A stretch of 64,000 nucleotides of DNA from Peribolospora baueri (GCA_029717555.1 JAMDHS010000001.1:186001-250000), one strand, 5' to 3'. Shown: positions 42,181 to 55,652, counted from the first letter of the stretch. Notes: generated by a model not told the origin, from the sequence alone. Program-made: numbers and translations.

Positions 42181-43566
42181 TCACTCGATCACAAATCCCT
42201 CCTGCCGTCTCCTCAGGCTCATCTCTTGCCGCCGCTGCATGTCTTTTACCCTCTTCGCTAGCCCCGGGTCCGGTCGCAGATCATTCATGGTCAAAGTCTT
42301 GCTGCAGCCGGCGGTTGGACAGTTGGCCTTGCCGCCACTCGTGCGGATATACTCGTGTATCGCTTCGCGCGAGAAAGAGTGAGGGCAGAGATTGCTGTTC
42401 GGAGACGGGCAGTGAGATGGTCATTCCAAGATCAGCAACACCCTTCGGTCGCCGCCTGACACCTGCATACGCACCTGGTGACCGGATCGACGAAGATGGT
42501 GAGCGTAAGTGGGCACTTGTAGTCTTGTGTCTGACCGCCCATGACGATCTCCTCGTCTTCCGACTCTTCATCACCCTCTGTAATCGCCGATGTAGGAATA
42601 TGTGCACAAACAGGGAGCAAACAAGCATTAGACTCTTTGCATTTCTTGTGAGCGAATTGCCCGGTGCCCACCTTTCTCAATGAACGAGTTGATGTGGGGC
42701 ATTGGCTCGCCCTCGTGGTTCACCTCCTGAACAAGGCGGCACAGGAGAAAAGCACCGACCGCACATTCAGCCTTCGCTCGGTGGACGATGTCTACGGGAT
42801 CACAAGCATGTAAAAATGAACGAGGCGGCTCACCCATAATCGTTCACGAAGGTCCTTGTATCCGGCATGTGTACTGTATTTCTGTCTCGAAGTCTTGCTT
42901 TGATGTTCCCTCAATTCGTTCGACACGAGGACATTGTAGATCTTCGTAGCATCCAGCTGGGACAGAAGAATAAAAAGGGACACACGACCATTGGCTCCAT
43001 GAAAGGCCTGGCTTAGACAAAGAAAGCTAGCTCACAATCTCTTCGCCTTGCAGCAGCCTCTGCCGTATTTGGTCCAAAGCTGATTTGCGCGCTGTCGCCT
43101 CTGTGTACACGTCCAATAGCCCGCGGAAGCGCCGGTCCAGATCCAAAACAGTCTGGTGGCAATACCAAGAGTAATAGGTGTGAGTGGAATTCAACGATAC
43201 CCTTCACATGGTCAAGCAAAAGCAGCCTACCCGTTCCAAACCCTCCGCCTCTTCCGCCCCCACGGCCGCGTCGGCAAGAAAGACCGTGGCTTGTTCCTCG
43301 ATCGTCTTCTCAAATGGACCGTAATCTGCCTTGAGCGTTCGCAACTTCACCTCTGCCTCACGCTCCAGCGGTTGCGGTCCCGCTGTGGATGGATCAAAAC
43401 CGTCGTCGTCATCGTCGTCCTTCTCCTCGTCCGAACTGGAGACGTGAGCGCCGTTGGTATTCGATTCGACTGACGGCCCGTTAGAAGCCGTTAGGGCAGT
43501 GCTGTCTTCCACCTCCCTCGCCGACTCCATTCTTTCCAAACGTCTGGACGGGCCGGTGCGAGGCAT
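42181..43566 (-). CDS. MMS21: SP-RING SUMO ligase Nse2/Mms21 (Smc5/6 subunit)
   Basis: TSRQKYSTHAGYKDLRERLW; EEIVMGGQTQDYKCPLTL..DPVT; SREAIHEYI..CPTAGCSKTL..DLRPDPGL. Confidence 0.85.
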
Positions 43567-43813
43567 GGAGGAGCTGAAATTGATAGTCTGGCAGAACCAA
43601 CCAGGTTAGGCGATGATGGATCGCCGGCAGTGACAGAGAGAGGTACGAGCATCTGAATCGGTTGCCGCAGCACTCGCGCACGCGTAAAGGAGCGCGTCGC
43701 CGGCCATGACAAAGAAATGAGGACGATTTGGCGCAAGCCTTTCATGCTAACCGCACATCTTCGCCCGTATCTATCTTCTTTTCCTTCCTCGTACGCCCTC
43801 ATTCTGACCCTCC

Positions 43814-46800
43814 ATGGAGCAGGAGATTGCAGCTTGCTTGCAGGCCACCTTGTCGCCCGACCCTAACGCCCGGGTCGGCGCTGAGCTGAGACTCGCCGAG
43901 CTTCAGGGCCAAGGACGTGAGCACCACGGCTTGTTTGCTCGGTGGCGTTCTTCTGCCTTCGATGAGGAGATGTCTACGCTCACCCAGGTGGCAAGATTTT
44001 TAGGAATATTCGAACTAAAGCACGATGCGATTGTTTTTCTTCTTCACCCTCACTCGCAGAGGCTGGGCTTAGTCTTGCTAAACTGGCGATTACACAAGAA
44101 GCCGATATCTACCTTCGACAGATGAGTCCCTGCTCATACAGGTTCAACATTGGGGGCGCTTCCGAGCAGTAAAGTTGAAGGACTCCTATTATCCATTCTT
44201 TTACGCAGCGGGTGTGGCTCTGAGACGGTACGTGACCGAGAGGTGGTCCTTGCACTTTTCGACGTTCAAGGGCTCCCCTCCGAGCCTCGAGGTAAGTGGG
44301 GCGGCACCTTGGAAACATTCCAACTGGTCCCATCTGTTGACGCGGCTCTGTTTGCAGATCAAGGGCAAAATCCGACAGATTGTTTTTCATGGATTATCCG
44401 ACCCTCAGAGGAAGATCAGGCTGGCCTGTGTGAGTTATATACGAATCCTTGTTAGGCGCTCCTAAGACCATGAGATCTGATGAAGATGTTGCTCTACTTT
44501 GACATGACAGGCCTACGTTCTTTCTGAGATAGCTCACGCCGACTGGCCCGACGAGTACCCTTCCCTGATGCATGACCTTCTCCAGCTACTCAGCTCAGGC
44601 TCAGCAGACAGCGTGCACGGCGCGATGAGGGTCTTGACCGAGTTCGTCAGGAACGACTTGAGCGAAGATCAGCTCATTCCTATCAGCCGGGACATGCTAC
44701 CTCAAATGTTGAACATTTTGGGCGATTCCGAGGTGAGAGGACGGACGCACATCATGATGACGTGTAGCGTTGCACAAGAGCTTGCACTGATCTTTCCCTG
44801 TCTGATCCGCGATCCCAATGAAAGCTCCACCCTCCGGCGACCAGAGCTCGTTGCGTGTCGGTCTTCCGCCAATGCCTGACGACCTTGTACATGGTCAAGG
44901 AGCAGCATCCCGAGGCCGTGCGACAGGCTGTCAACGACATCTTGCCGATTTGGCTCAATGCCTTCGCTCAACTCCTCAACGTCAACGTGGCAACTGAGCT
45001 GCAGAGCGGGTCGCAACAAGCGACAGAAGGGTTGAGCATCAGGAACGAGGTGTTCAGGGTGAGTGACACTCACAGCGTACTCACATGACTACCTATTGAC
45101 GATTCCTCTCTCGTCCCCAGACTCTTTCTGCCGCCTTCACCGCTTTCCCGAAAGCCATTCTACCGGCGCTTCCGTCGTTCATCTCGATGTCTGCTCAGCA
45201 TCTTGCCCACCTTTTCCCCATTTTCCGCGCCAACTACCTGTTTGCCGACTCCCCCGGAGCTGGACCGATCGAGGAAGGCGTGGAAGATGTCAGCGCGGAC
45301 ATTCCCAAGCTTGCGAGCGGCATTATGGACTTTACCGCCCAAACTACGAGGAAGTCTGCGGTCAAGAGCAGTTTCGTGACTGATGATGAGCGAGCGACCG
45401 CCGAACTGAGTCAGTTCGTGGTCAGCGCTATCGGTTTTGCACAAATGACCTCGGACGATGTGAGCGCTTTTCTCTTGCTGTTTTGCTGCTTGTGGCAAAC
45501 CTCCCGGTGTTGACATTGTGCGCGCTTTGTTTTACAAAGGAGGAGACGTGGGCCAACGATCCAAATGCCTTCGTTGCAAACGAGGAGGAGGATACAGAAT
45601 CCTACAGCCTTCGCATCGCGTCTTGCGACCTCTTGTCGATCCTTCTGGATCGTTATCCGCACCCAACCGTGGCCGCGCTCTGGTTGGCCATCCAGAGGCA
45701 GATCGCAGAGAGCGACCAGCTGCGCGGACAGGGTGCAGATGACTGGTGGAAGGGCTACGAGGCAATCTTGACGGTGGTTGGAGGCGTCGCCGACGACCTG
45801 ACGGACCTCCTCACCACGGAAGCATCTGGTACTGCCGTGAAGGAGTTCAACCTCGAGATTATCTTCAATGGCATCGTCTTGCAAAATATTGGTGCGACCG
45901 GTCAGTACCCTGCTTCTTCGCCTATTGTGTAGTGGCTGCTGAGTGGCGAGGGACCGGTCTGATTCAAGTTTGTTTTCCCGCTGCAGACGTCCCTTTCCTG
46001 CAAGGCCGTGCATTTGTCTTTGCATCGCAGTACGCCAAGGCTTTACCAGAGCATCTTGCTAGCCAGTTCCTCGATGGGGCCATTAAGGTGCTCGAGGAGC
46101 CAAGCACCGGTGTGCCGGTCAAAGTCAGCGCCGTTCGCACCATCAAGAAGTGAGCCTCTTCCTCTTCACGTGAATTACGAAGCTGTTGTGACTCATTCTT
46201 GTCATTCATTTACGGACGTCATCAGCTTTGCTCGGCACTTGGCGCCTTCTCTCACCGCCCCACTGGCTTCTCGGATTCTTAAGGATTTGGGTCCGCTGAT
46301 CTCGCAAACGAGCGAGGATACGTTGGTTCTCCTGCTAGAAGCAATCCAGGCCATCGTGGTGGGCAATGAAGACCACGTCGATCCCGACACCGTGGCAGCC
46401 GTCGTTGCGGCAGCCCTCGAGCAGTGGGCCCAAAGCTCAAGAGGTGCGTGCGTTGCTGGGAAGCGGGTGATCACAACAACGTTGGGACCGCGGGAGCGTA
46501 AGCAGACATCTCAATCTTTTCTCATCATCCCTACCGGCCATTGGGTGGTATTTACGAGCAGATCCGATCCTAGTGTCTGTCATCTCCGATCTGTTCGAGG
46601 CGTTGGCATCCTCGCCCTCTCCTCCCATATATCATGCCGTGATGCGGTCTTCCCTCCCCGTTCTCATGCAGGCCATCGCCACGGCCCTGACGGAGGACTC
46701 GGTGCAGCCGAGCCCAGTCGCCGAAGGCGGAGTAGAACTCGTTGCCGCTGTTTTGCGCGGAAAGCAGAGTCCTCAGGGTCTTGGTGTTGTCCAGGAGATC

Positions 46801-48481
46801 GCCCCTGTTCTGTTCGCAGTCCTCGAGAAGACGGAGGACAGGGGCATTCTGCAGGTGAGTGAAGTACGTCGGTGAATCATCACAAGACCTTCCAGTATAC
46901 TCACAGCTGTGTCGAGCATCTAGGGTGGCGTGGAAGTCCTCTCGCTCCTCGTCCGCAAGACGTGTGACGAGCTGCTCTGCTGGCGCGACGCGTCGGGCGC
47001 CTCGGGTCTTGATAAGCTGCTGGCTGTCGTAGCACGTCTTCTCGCGCCATCAGAGTCCGAGTCCGGTGGCCTTTTCGTTGGGGACCTCATCGTCTCCCTT
47101 CTGCGCAAGGCGGGGCAACAAGTTTTTCCTGTGCTGCCAGAGCTGCTCAAAGCTCTCGTCTTCCGATTGGTGACTGCCCGGACTGCGTCATTTTCCCAGG
47201 TGAAGCCGTCGTTAACTGGACCGAACATATGAGAACCATGCATCCCCATCACTAACTCGGCATTTCTCTCTCATGGCAGAGTCTTATCGTCCCGTTCGCA
47301 TACCTAATTCATACCCAATTCGACACAACGCTTTCGTTGCTTGAATCCCTTCAAATTCCCGCTGACGTCGACCCTTCGTGTCCGACGGCCATCGACGTTC
47401 TTCTCCGCTCTTGGGCGGACAACGCGGAGACGTTCCAAGGCTTCTGGTCTATGCGTGTTAGGTGCGTTTCCTGGGGCTTCGGTCGTCTCTTCTGTACGTC
47501 CATCTGGCATATTCTCATCATATTGGTTCTTGTGATCAGTACGCTCGCGCTCGCAGACCTGTATAGGTCCGGTCGACCAAGCATTCAAAACGTGCTTGTC
47601 AAGGGCGACCTCGTCGTCGATCCGGCTTCCGCCAACGGTAAGCCGTCGGTTCCACGCCCACTTCCACCCAGGACACAGAATGAAGAAGCTCAGGTCGTGC
47701 TCGGGCATCACACAGTCATCAAGACTCGTTCTCGAGCGAAAGCTAGTGAGTGATTGTGATTGCGAGGGAGATCATCGCATCGGACCAGAACTCACCTGGG
47801 TTCTGCTGTCCATTTACCCCGCTTCTCATAGCGCCAGACAAGTTCACTTCCATCCCGTTCCCTCAGAAAGCTGTCAAGATAATACTGAGGGATCTGCACA
47901 CGGCAGTAGAGCAAAATGCGTCCGGCGGTGGTACGGACGACGTCGCCGACTCAGAGGACGGCGACGAGGATTGGGAGGATGATGACCCGGCGGACCTCGT
48001 TGCAAGGACGGAGGAGTACGGGTTCTTGTCTGGTGAGCCAGTCTTCCCAAATCTGGTGCAACGCCCCGCGCTCTGACAGTACTTTGGCTGGTGCGATTTG
48101 GTCGTGTCTGCTCAGACATGCTCGGCGAAGACATGGGCGATTTGAAAGATGAAGAAGATGACGAAGAGCTCAAGCAGGACCCGATCTACACCATGGATCT
48201 GGCCGTGAGTTTCGCGTTTTGTCCCTCCAGTGGAGATGGCGGACTCGTCGTTTCTCCCTTGGTTGGCTTGATATGATCTGATTGACCGTCTGATCCTTTT
48301 TCGTCATCCCCGTCCTGATCCGTGATGTCTGTTATCTCTCCCGTCGACCGCACACCCGCAGGACCATCTCGTCAACTTCTTCCGTGAAGCGTCTGCCGCC
48401 CAGCCAGCGTACTTCGAGCAGAGCTGCGCCAGCTTGATGCTGGAGGAAGGCGAGATGATGAAGAAGGTTTTGAAGAAGTGA
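43814..48481 (+). CDS. KAP114: Importin-9 / Kap114 (importin-beta family), many exons
   Basis: LQATLSPDPNARVGAELRL, LRRYVTERWS, IAHADWPDEYPSL, VHGAMRVL, WANDPNAFVANEEED, PFLQGRAFVFAS, SESGGLFVGDLI, SLIVPFAYL. Confidence 0.92.
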
Positions 48482-48705
48482 AGGAAGGCCGGGGGCGTCA
48501 CAGCGCAAGAGGCGAAGCGATCGTTGACATCTCGAGCTATAGTCACTACCGTACTTGTCGCCCCTTTTCGCTTAACTCGAGTTATCACCGCTATGGATGG
48601 CCCGCCCTGGCTGGCTGGCTGCAAAATGTAATCAACGGAGAATTGGAAGCAGGTCGAATAGAGCGAGGCGATGGGTGACTGTCTATCCCGTCTTACTGCT
48701 TTAAC

Positions 48706-48990
48706 CTCCTTGTTTTTCACCCGCTGATCTCCCTCCACTTATCCTTCGTCCACGCCGCCCGTTGGGCAGGAAGACAAAGCAGCAAGAAGAAACGGGTCTC
48801 CAACAGGGAGGGAGGATAAAACAGCAAGAAGAAACGGTCTTCAACGGGGAGACAGGATAAAACGGCGAGAAGAAACGGCCTTCAACAATGTCACGCTTGC
48901 CACGTGGCAAAATGGAAAAGTCCCTCTTGAAGACCGTTTTTCTCTTGTTGAAGACCCTTTTTCTCCTTGTTTTTCATCTTGCTAATCTTT
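48706..48990. repeat. Short tandem repeat (~41-bp period, 3 copies) with inverted copies and flanking direct repeats
   Basis: (C/G)AGGA..AAAxCxGCxAGAAGAAACGGxCTxCAAC at ~48767, 48811 and 48853; inverted TTGAAGACC units at 48927-48957; CTCCTTGTTTTTCA at ~48706 and ~48963. Confidence 0.7.
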
Positions 48991-49081
48991 CCCCGCAGAT
49001 TCTGAGGAACCATTCGGCTCGTGAGGTTTCGATGGTGGGATGGGCCAGCACCAAAACTCTTTGAGAAAAACGTCTAATTAT

Positions 49082-51615
49082 TCATCCCTTGCGGCGAAAC
49101 CACACCAGCTTGTCCTCGTCGGAGAGAACCCTCCACTCTTTGCGACAGACAAGACAGCCGCACTCTTGTTCCTCCCAGACACCCTTCCCTCGCGCCGACG
49201 CCCCGGAGGAGGGCCTATCGGGCCTCTCCGACTTGACGTTCATCATCTCCCTCATAAAAGACGGCCACAGACCAAGATGGGCCATCGCGCAGAGCGCACA
49301 GAAACGCCATTCCACCTCTTCCGCCTCCTCTCCGATCCAACGTCCCCTTCCGCCGATGAGGAAAGGGGTCATGCTGAAACCCCGGCCTCCGCCTCCGCCT
49401 CCGCCGGAAGCGGTGGTTCTGCTTCGCGCCTTGCTTCCGCCATTCCGGCCACGAACGTGACCTTGACCTGGGAAAGACGGGAGAGCAGCTTGATGTGCGT
49501 CCAAAGCCTCGCCCACGGCAGCTGGTCCGGCGTCAGGTGGGAGGCCAGCAACGACAGCGCAAGCGACCATCGTGGTCATATCTGCCGTCCTCGCAACCCC
49601 GTGGCGGCCTGGCATACGACAGGATTGAGATGTGGACGTTCCTTGACGTGTTCTCATCCTTCCAGTCGCTGAAATGGACGTTAAAGAGGGGAAGGAAGAC
49701 GAGCCAAACTCGTCCTCGATAAGATCGCGAAAGGGCACGGCGGGACAGAGATAGTGAACGCGTTCGACGAGAGGAGGGAAGTGAAGCGCGTTGCGGCGTG
49801 GCGACGAGGAAGGCGAACGAGAAATGTCGCTGAGGTCATCGCTAAAACCGGCACTGTTGTCCTCTGACATCGGAGGACCTGGAGGTGCAGGCAAGATAAG
49901 CTGCCGACAAGAGACGCAGACGTAAGAGTCTGACACTAGTCGGGACAGGTGGGGCGGCAAGAGAGCGAGGTCGTGGATGGAATTGTCGAGTTGCCAGGCG
50001 GCGCTGCCATCGTCGCCTTCGTCATGGACCTGGTGATCATGATCCGATAGCAACGCTTCTCCGAGCTGATTTATCTCCGAAGGACCACGATCTATCTTCT
50101 CCGACGCTGTCCATGACTGACGGTGCTGAAGAGGTCCATTCGCCTTGAAAAGCTGCCGACGAAGGATGCGCACGCAGATGTCCACCAAGCTCTCCACCTT
50201 GTGCCGCCTTCTCCCAGCACCTGTGGTTCCTCTGGCCCCTTTTGTCGCCTTTAATCGAGCATCTTGCCCCACCCTGTACAAGTGGAATAGTTCCTCTTTC
50301 CTCCATTGTTCACTGAGCAAGCGCTTCACGTTGCGAACGTTTAGGCGCGTAGCAGTGCTGTCTCCCCGACGCCGCCTGCGTCGATAGCCGGGCTCTTCTG
50401 ACGCCAAGGTGAAGCTTGAAAGACGGGAGAGTAGAGCTAGCGTCGGTGGGAACAAAGGATGCGATCGATCTTCTAAATGGAGGTGTTGCAGTTGAGGAAG
50501 GCGAGCTAGGATAGATAAAGCTGGTAATGCACACGGATAGACATGGGAGGGCGTTGGCTGGGTGGGGTGGCGGGTGACGGCCAAACAGACAAGGATGGCA
50601 TTGCTCACCTCCAAAGCTATCGCGTCCAACCCACAAGCTATTCACCTCGCTTAGCCTCTCCTGGGCCTTTTGCCTTGCAAGTCCCTGGTCACCCAGGCTG
50701 CGCGACAAGTAACTACAAAGGATGCTGAAAGGATCGCGGGGATCGCATGGTGGGTTGCAGCTCCCGGAGCACGAGGCTTTAGGGCTGCTGCCGAAAGACA
50801 CGGCGATGGACAAATGACTAGCCGGGCGCGGCGCAAGAAGGAACGATTCGAGGCAACAAAGAAGAGCGGACGAGATGATGCCAGGAGTGTCACCATGCGA
50901 CGATGATGGCGGCAGCCCCACAGCTTCGTCCTCGCCGCAGTGTACGACCTGCAGCCAATCCTCGCCAGTGGAGATGGTGCGCCAGCGCTGTTGGAGGGTG
51001 GAAAGCGCCTTGGCTTGATCCGAAGGAAGGGAATGTTTGTAAGCCTTGGAAGCCATTTGGGACCCAAGGGCCAGCATGTTGTGGAGGTTCGAGTGGAGGC
51101 GATCTGGGAAAGTCAGGCGGGCGCACAGGGGTTCAATCAACCATATGCTGGGAAAGAAGCGCATGGAGAGGGAATGCAACGAAGCCCATCTGTATGTGCT
51201 CACAGAAGCTGGCGTACCACACGCCGTCAGCCTCCGGTTGCCAATCTTTCGCCTTAGCCCTACCCTTGCCCTTCCAATTGCTCCTCCTGCTCATCCTTCC
51301 TACCGCGCGCCCGCGAACGATGCCATCGAGAGCTGTGACGGCATCCAAGAGATGGATCCAAGCGTTGCACTCGAGCGCAACATGTGCAGCCAGGAGAAGT
51401 CGCCGAGGGGTGGTATGATGGCTGTCAAAGTGGGGTAGGAGGCGCGAGAGGTCTGGTGGTAGGCGGGTGACATCCAAGCATGGAAAGGGTGCGTAGCGAG
51501 AGGAGCCGACGTCGGAGAGGTCCGAAGAGAGTGTGGAGTCGGAGGAAAGAGAATCGTCAGAGATGCTGCCACTGCTGCTGCTGGAGGGCGAGTGTCGCAG
51601 AGAATACAAAGACAT
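49082..51615 (-). CDS. Uncharacterised protein with degenerate LRRs, BC-box-like motif and Cys-rich C-terminus (at least 3 exons)
   Basis: Three ORF segments joined by GT-AG introns (donors ~51203 and ~50608); LARLPQLQHLHL..FPPTLALLSRLSSFTL; ESLVDICVRIL; LLPPHL; CVSC, FCALC, CGCLVC. Confidence 0.6.
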
Positions 51616-51826
51616 GAAAGACGTTCGTTCTTCTTTCCCTATGTCGTCGTCGTCGTCGTCTTCCTTCGTCAACGTCGATGGGAACGAACGAGTGGACCGG
51701 GGACTGATCGTGCTGACTAAGCAGACTGCGGCGCAACGCTCCTTCCCTCTCCTACCTCGCCAGGACTTCCCTCGACGTTACAATCTTGATGGAAAGAAAG
51801 GTAGCCCATCCGGAGGAATGCGCGAC

Positions 51827-53209
51827 ATGCCACCGAGCTTGCCTCCTTCGGCGCCAGCAGCGGTTCTCCACTCCCTCAAGCGAGCGGCACGCAAGGACAT
51901 GTCTGCTAAGCTCGCGAGCGTGAGCAGCGATGTCATCCAAGCAGAATGTAGGTTTCCTTGGCCTTCTCGGAGGTGCCTCCGAGGGCATGGTCACGGTCGG
52001 GACAGCCACATTGACTGGTACTGGGCCTGTTTGTACCTTACTGGTTACTTTCAGCTCAAATCGTCACCCACCGGATTCTCTCCTCTCGGACGTACGCTCG
52101 CGCTGGGTCAGTGAGTGTGTATATCAGCATGGACACGGGCGAGGTGGACACGACGGCGATCATCCAACACGCTTTGGCAAACGGTAGGCGCCTTATTCCT
52201 CTTTGCTTTCCCATAAGGAGCTAACGGTGCCGACTCATGTACGATTGCAGGCAAGCGCCTCTACGTTCCGCTCTGGCAGACTTCTTCGAACCCTCTCCCC
52301 GCTTCTCCAGCTCCCACCCCAGGCACCTCTGCCCCTTCTACCTCAGCCGCCTCCACTCCAAACCCTTTCGCGAACCTCTCAGTCCCGCCAGTGGGTGTTG
52401 CAACTGGCTCCGTCAACTCTTCCGGCTCTGTTTCTCCGGTACCTTCCCCTTCCCCTTCAGTCGGAACTCGCACGAGCCAAGGCGGGCAACGCTTTGCGTC
52501 GGACATGCGTATGGTGCGCTTAACTGACTGGGAGGACTTCACGAGCCTGGCTGTGAACAGATGGGGAATCCGCGAGCCTGACCCGCTCATCCCGGCTAAG
52601 AGGGCTCATCTGACGAAAAGGGACGTGCAGGCAGCCGTGGAGCAGGCGATGACGGAGTCGGGGGAGATGGTAGAGAGGGAGGACGCGTTGGATGAGAGCA
52701 CTGGCGGACAGGGTTTGGATCTCATCCTCATGCCAGGTGAAGCCAGCCTTCCCGTCTTACAGAAGGAGCCCTGCGCGTACGTTGGGGTACGAGTCCTTCT
52801 CCGACTTTCTGACTGCCCTTCTTTTGCTTTTGGTAGGCCTTGCTTTCGACTACAAAGGTAACCGACTCGGCCACGGAAAAGGGTACTACGATCGATACAT
52901 TCGCAAGTGCGAGACGTGGGCACGAGAACACCGTCATAGTAGTGGACCGGTTGCAGGTGGGCCTCCCTCCTTCATTCTTCGTCCCGCACCGGGCGGGACT
53001 GGGGAAATTTCACACGCAAACTCGGCCATCTGACGCTTGCAATTCCGTTCGTCCGCCCAACGCAAGTGGCCCTCGCTCTTCGTGCGCAGCTCCTTCCCGA
53101 GCCAGAGCTCGTTCCGACGGACGAATGGGATCAACAACCAGATGCTATCGTCACGGCCGACTCGACCATGGTGCGGAGGGGTGCTGAGGAAGGAGGCTTC
53201 GCCGAGTAG
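51827..53209 (+). CDS. FAU1: 5-formyltetrahydrofolate cyclo-ligase (MTHFS)
   Basis: LKRAARKDM, VSVYISMDTGEVDT, GKRLYVP, NRWGIREP, LDLILMPG/LAFD..GNRLGHGKGYYDRYI, VPTDEWD. Confidence 0.93.
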
Positions 53210-53311
53210 TGACATGGACGGAGTCAAGCTGGATTTGGACCCGTGGGAATAGGATGGCCCCAACCGCCACTGAGAGATACTCTGCGCCATGACTGGAGGT
53301 CGTACATACAA

Positions 53312-55474
53312 TCAGGCCTTATACCCGCCCCTCTCGTCTCCTCTCGTCCTCGCCTTTCCTGTCGTCTCCTGTTGTCCTCCAAAAGCCCTAGCCAGCTCGC
53401 CGTACTGCTCGTTGTACCAATCCATATCTCCAGGCTCAGGCGGTCTACCGATCGCATCCATCGCCCCTGGAGGTCGGAGAGCGCCTTCGAACGCCGTCTC
53501 TGGAGAGGCAACGCCGGCCGGGTCCGGGGGCGTCCGAGACGCCGGGTCAGAGTCGGGTTGAGACACGGGCGGCGAGTCCGGCGCATCTGGAGCAGAGAGT
53601 CGTTCAGAAGGAGGCGCGGACTGCAAATTTCGGGAGCGGGATAAGGTGTCGAAAATGCTGAGCGCTTGGGCGATCATGCCGCCCGCGTTATCAAGCGAAG
53701 CAGGGACGATGACTGAGTTGCCTTCTTTGGCGAGCTGGTTAAATGCCGTCAATGAAGGAGGGCGATGCATTAGAAAGCGCGCCGCGACCAAAATCAAGAA
53801 AATACTGTGAAGCTCACCTTTCCGAACGCTTCGACCCACTCTCCGGCGATCTTGAGCGCCACGGCGTCCTTTCCTCCGTGTGCTGAGGAGATCGCCTCGC
53901 CCACCTTACGAACGGCTTCTGCCGTCGCTTGTGCTCGCAGGGCGATCGCACCTGCCTCACCCCTGGCCACATTCACCTGTTCGGCTTGACGAGCTTCAGA
54001 AACGAGAATGGCGGACTGTTTCTTGCCTGGATGCGAGGACGACGAGGACGGATTGAGAAAGGGCAAGGTAGGCGATATCTCGAATACGAACAGATCGCCG
54101 ATGCAAAGCTTGCTCCAGGCTCACCTTCCGCCTCGAGCACCTGAGCTCGCTTCGTTCTCTCTGCACTGACTTGGAGCGCCATGGCCTCCACGATCCTATG
54201 AGGCGGTGTGATATCCTTGATTTCGTACCTTAACACCGTCACACCCCAGTCAGCCGAAGCGGTGTTGATCGCCTGGGCGTGAAGGGATGAAAGGGCACGA
54301 CGTGAGATCCTGAGGAACGTTATGAACAAGGCAAAAGTGAACACAACAGGAAAGGAGTAATACCTCGGTTATGCGTATATTGAGATTCGCCCTTTCCTTT
54401 AATGTCTCGTCGAGCGTCATCGAGCCAATTTCTGAACGCATTGTTGTCATGGCAAGTTGCGAGACGGCATCTTTGAAATTGAAGCGACGGACAAGCTCGG
54501 ATGAGAAGGGATTGAAACAGGCCAAGCGAGTCAAGAAACCAGGACAAGATCAACTCACAAAAGGCGTCTTGCACACCGTAGCTTGCCTTGTACGGCTCGA
54601 ACACCTTGAGATAAAGCACGCCATCCAACTGGAGGCCAACATTATCGGCCGTGCTTTAAAGCCAGAGCGGTGAGCAAGGAGCAACGCGAGAGTCAACAGT
54701 TGTCCGACCCTAGATTGCATATGGAGCCAACAATGGAAGAGCAAGCCCGCGGACTCACATGGCCATTTGTGCCGGGATCTCGATTGCAGTTTCCTTCAGC
54801 GACTGGACGTATGCTGGACAAACGGGAAGCCACAAATACAAAAAAATCAACGTCGTCATTGAAGGTGAGAGATGTCAAGATCTTTTCCCTTTCCACACCC
54901 TAGAGTAGTATCGTGTCCCTCACCGACGCGATCGACAAACGGAATGAGTAAGTTCAGGCCCGGTTGGAGGATCTTGTCAAATCGACCGAAGCGTTCCACC
55001 ACATATGCTTGTTGCGTCGGAACCAACATGATACCCACTTTCAACAAACGGAAAGCATTGCAGATGCAAGAGACAAGTGTGGTCAATTATCACCAGAACG
55101 AGCCTTACCTTCCCCTTCCATCCCTAAAACTTCCACAGTAGACTCTCACAGTTCAGTGGAAGCCGCGTCCTGTTCGGTCCACCCATGCCGGTGTTCATCC
55201 GAGGGGCGGCATGGGTTCCCGAGAACGAGCGAACCTGGTTCCTGCTCCCAAGACCCCCGATCTTGTCTCCTCGGCTCTCCGGTCTACGGTCGCGTGTGCT
55301 GACGGGGCCGCTCTGGCTGGCTCGACCAAGAACAGCGGAGGTAACATATCGGTGGGCGGCCCCACCGTCGAAGGTCGTGTGAAACTGAGAAGCCGAGGAA
55401 ATGCGGATGGAGTTTCCTAACAGCTCAAGTCGCCGCAAGGACAGCACCGCATGGCTCGCGAGGGGCTTAGCCAT
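53312..55474 (-). CDS. Stomatin-like protein 2 (SPFH/band-7), mitochondrial
   Basis: VPTQQAYVVERFGRFDKILQPGLNLLIPFVDR, LDGVLYLKVFEPYKASYGV, QLAMTTMRSEIG, WGVTVLRYEIKDI, QVSAERTKRA; presequence-like N-terminus. Confidence 0.92.
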
Positions 55475-55638
55475 GTCAAAAATGAGACTTGAATTATTGT
55501 CCCGGGTGTCAGAGAGCGGTCAGACTGGGAACTTTTCAGCGCAAGTGAGCGGAGCAGCGACCGGCTTGTATCGGTCGGAAGTGGTTGGAAGACAAAGGTA
55601 ATGAAGACGAATGGAGGGTATAAGATTGTCTCTACGAT

Positions 55639-55652
55639 TGACGTCACGTGAT
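55639..55652. promoter_or_regulatory. Overlapping CRE (TGACGTCA) and E-box (GTCACGTGAT) in the SLP-2/FAR11 divergent promoter
   Basis: ttgacgtcacgtgatac. Confidence 0.55.

Noticed and set aside
48767..48886. CRISPR-like array
   Set aside because: Eukaryotic context, only three degenerate units, no unique spacers and no cas genes
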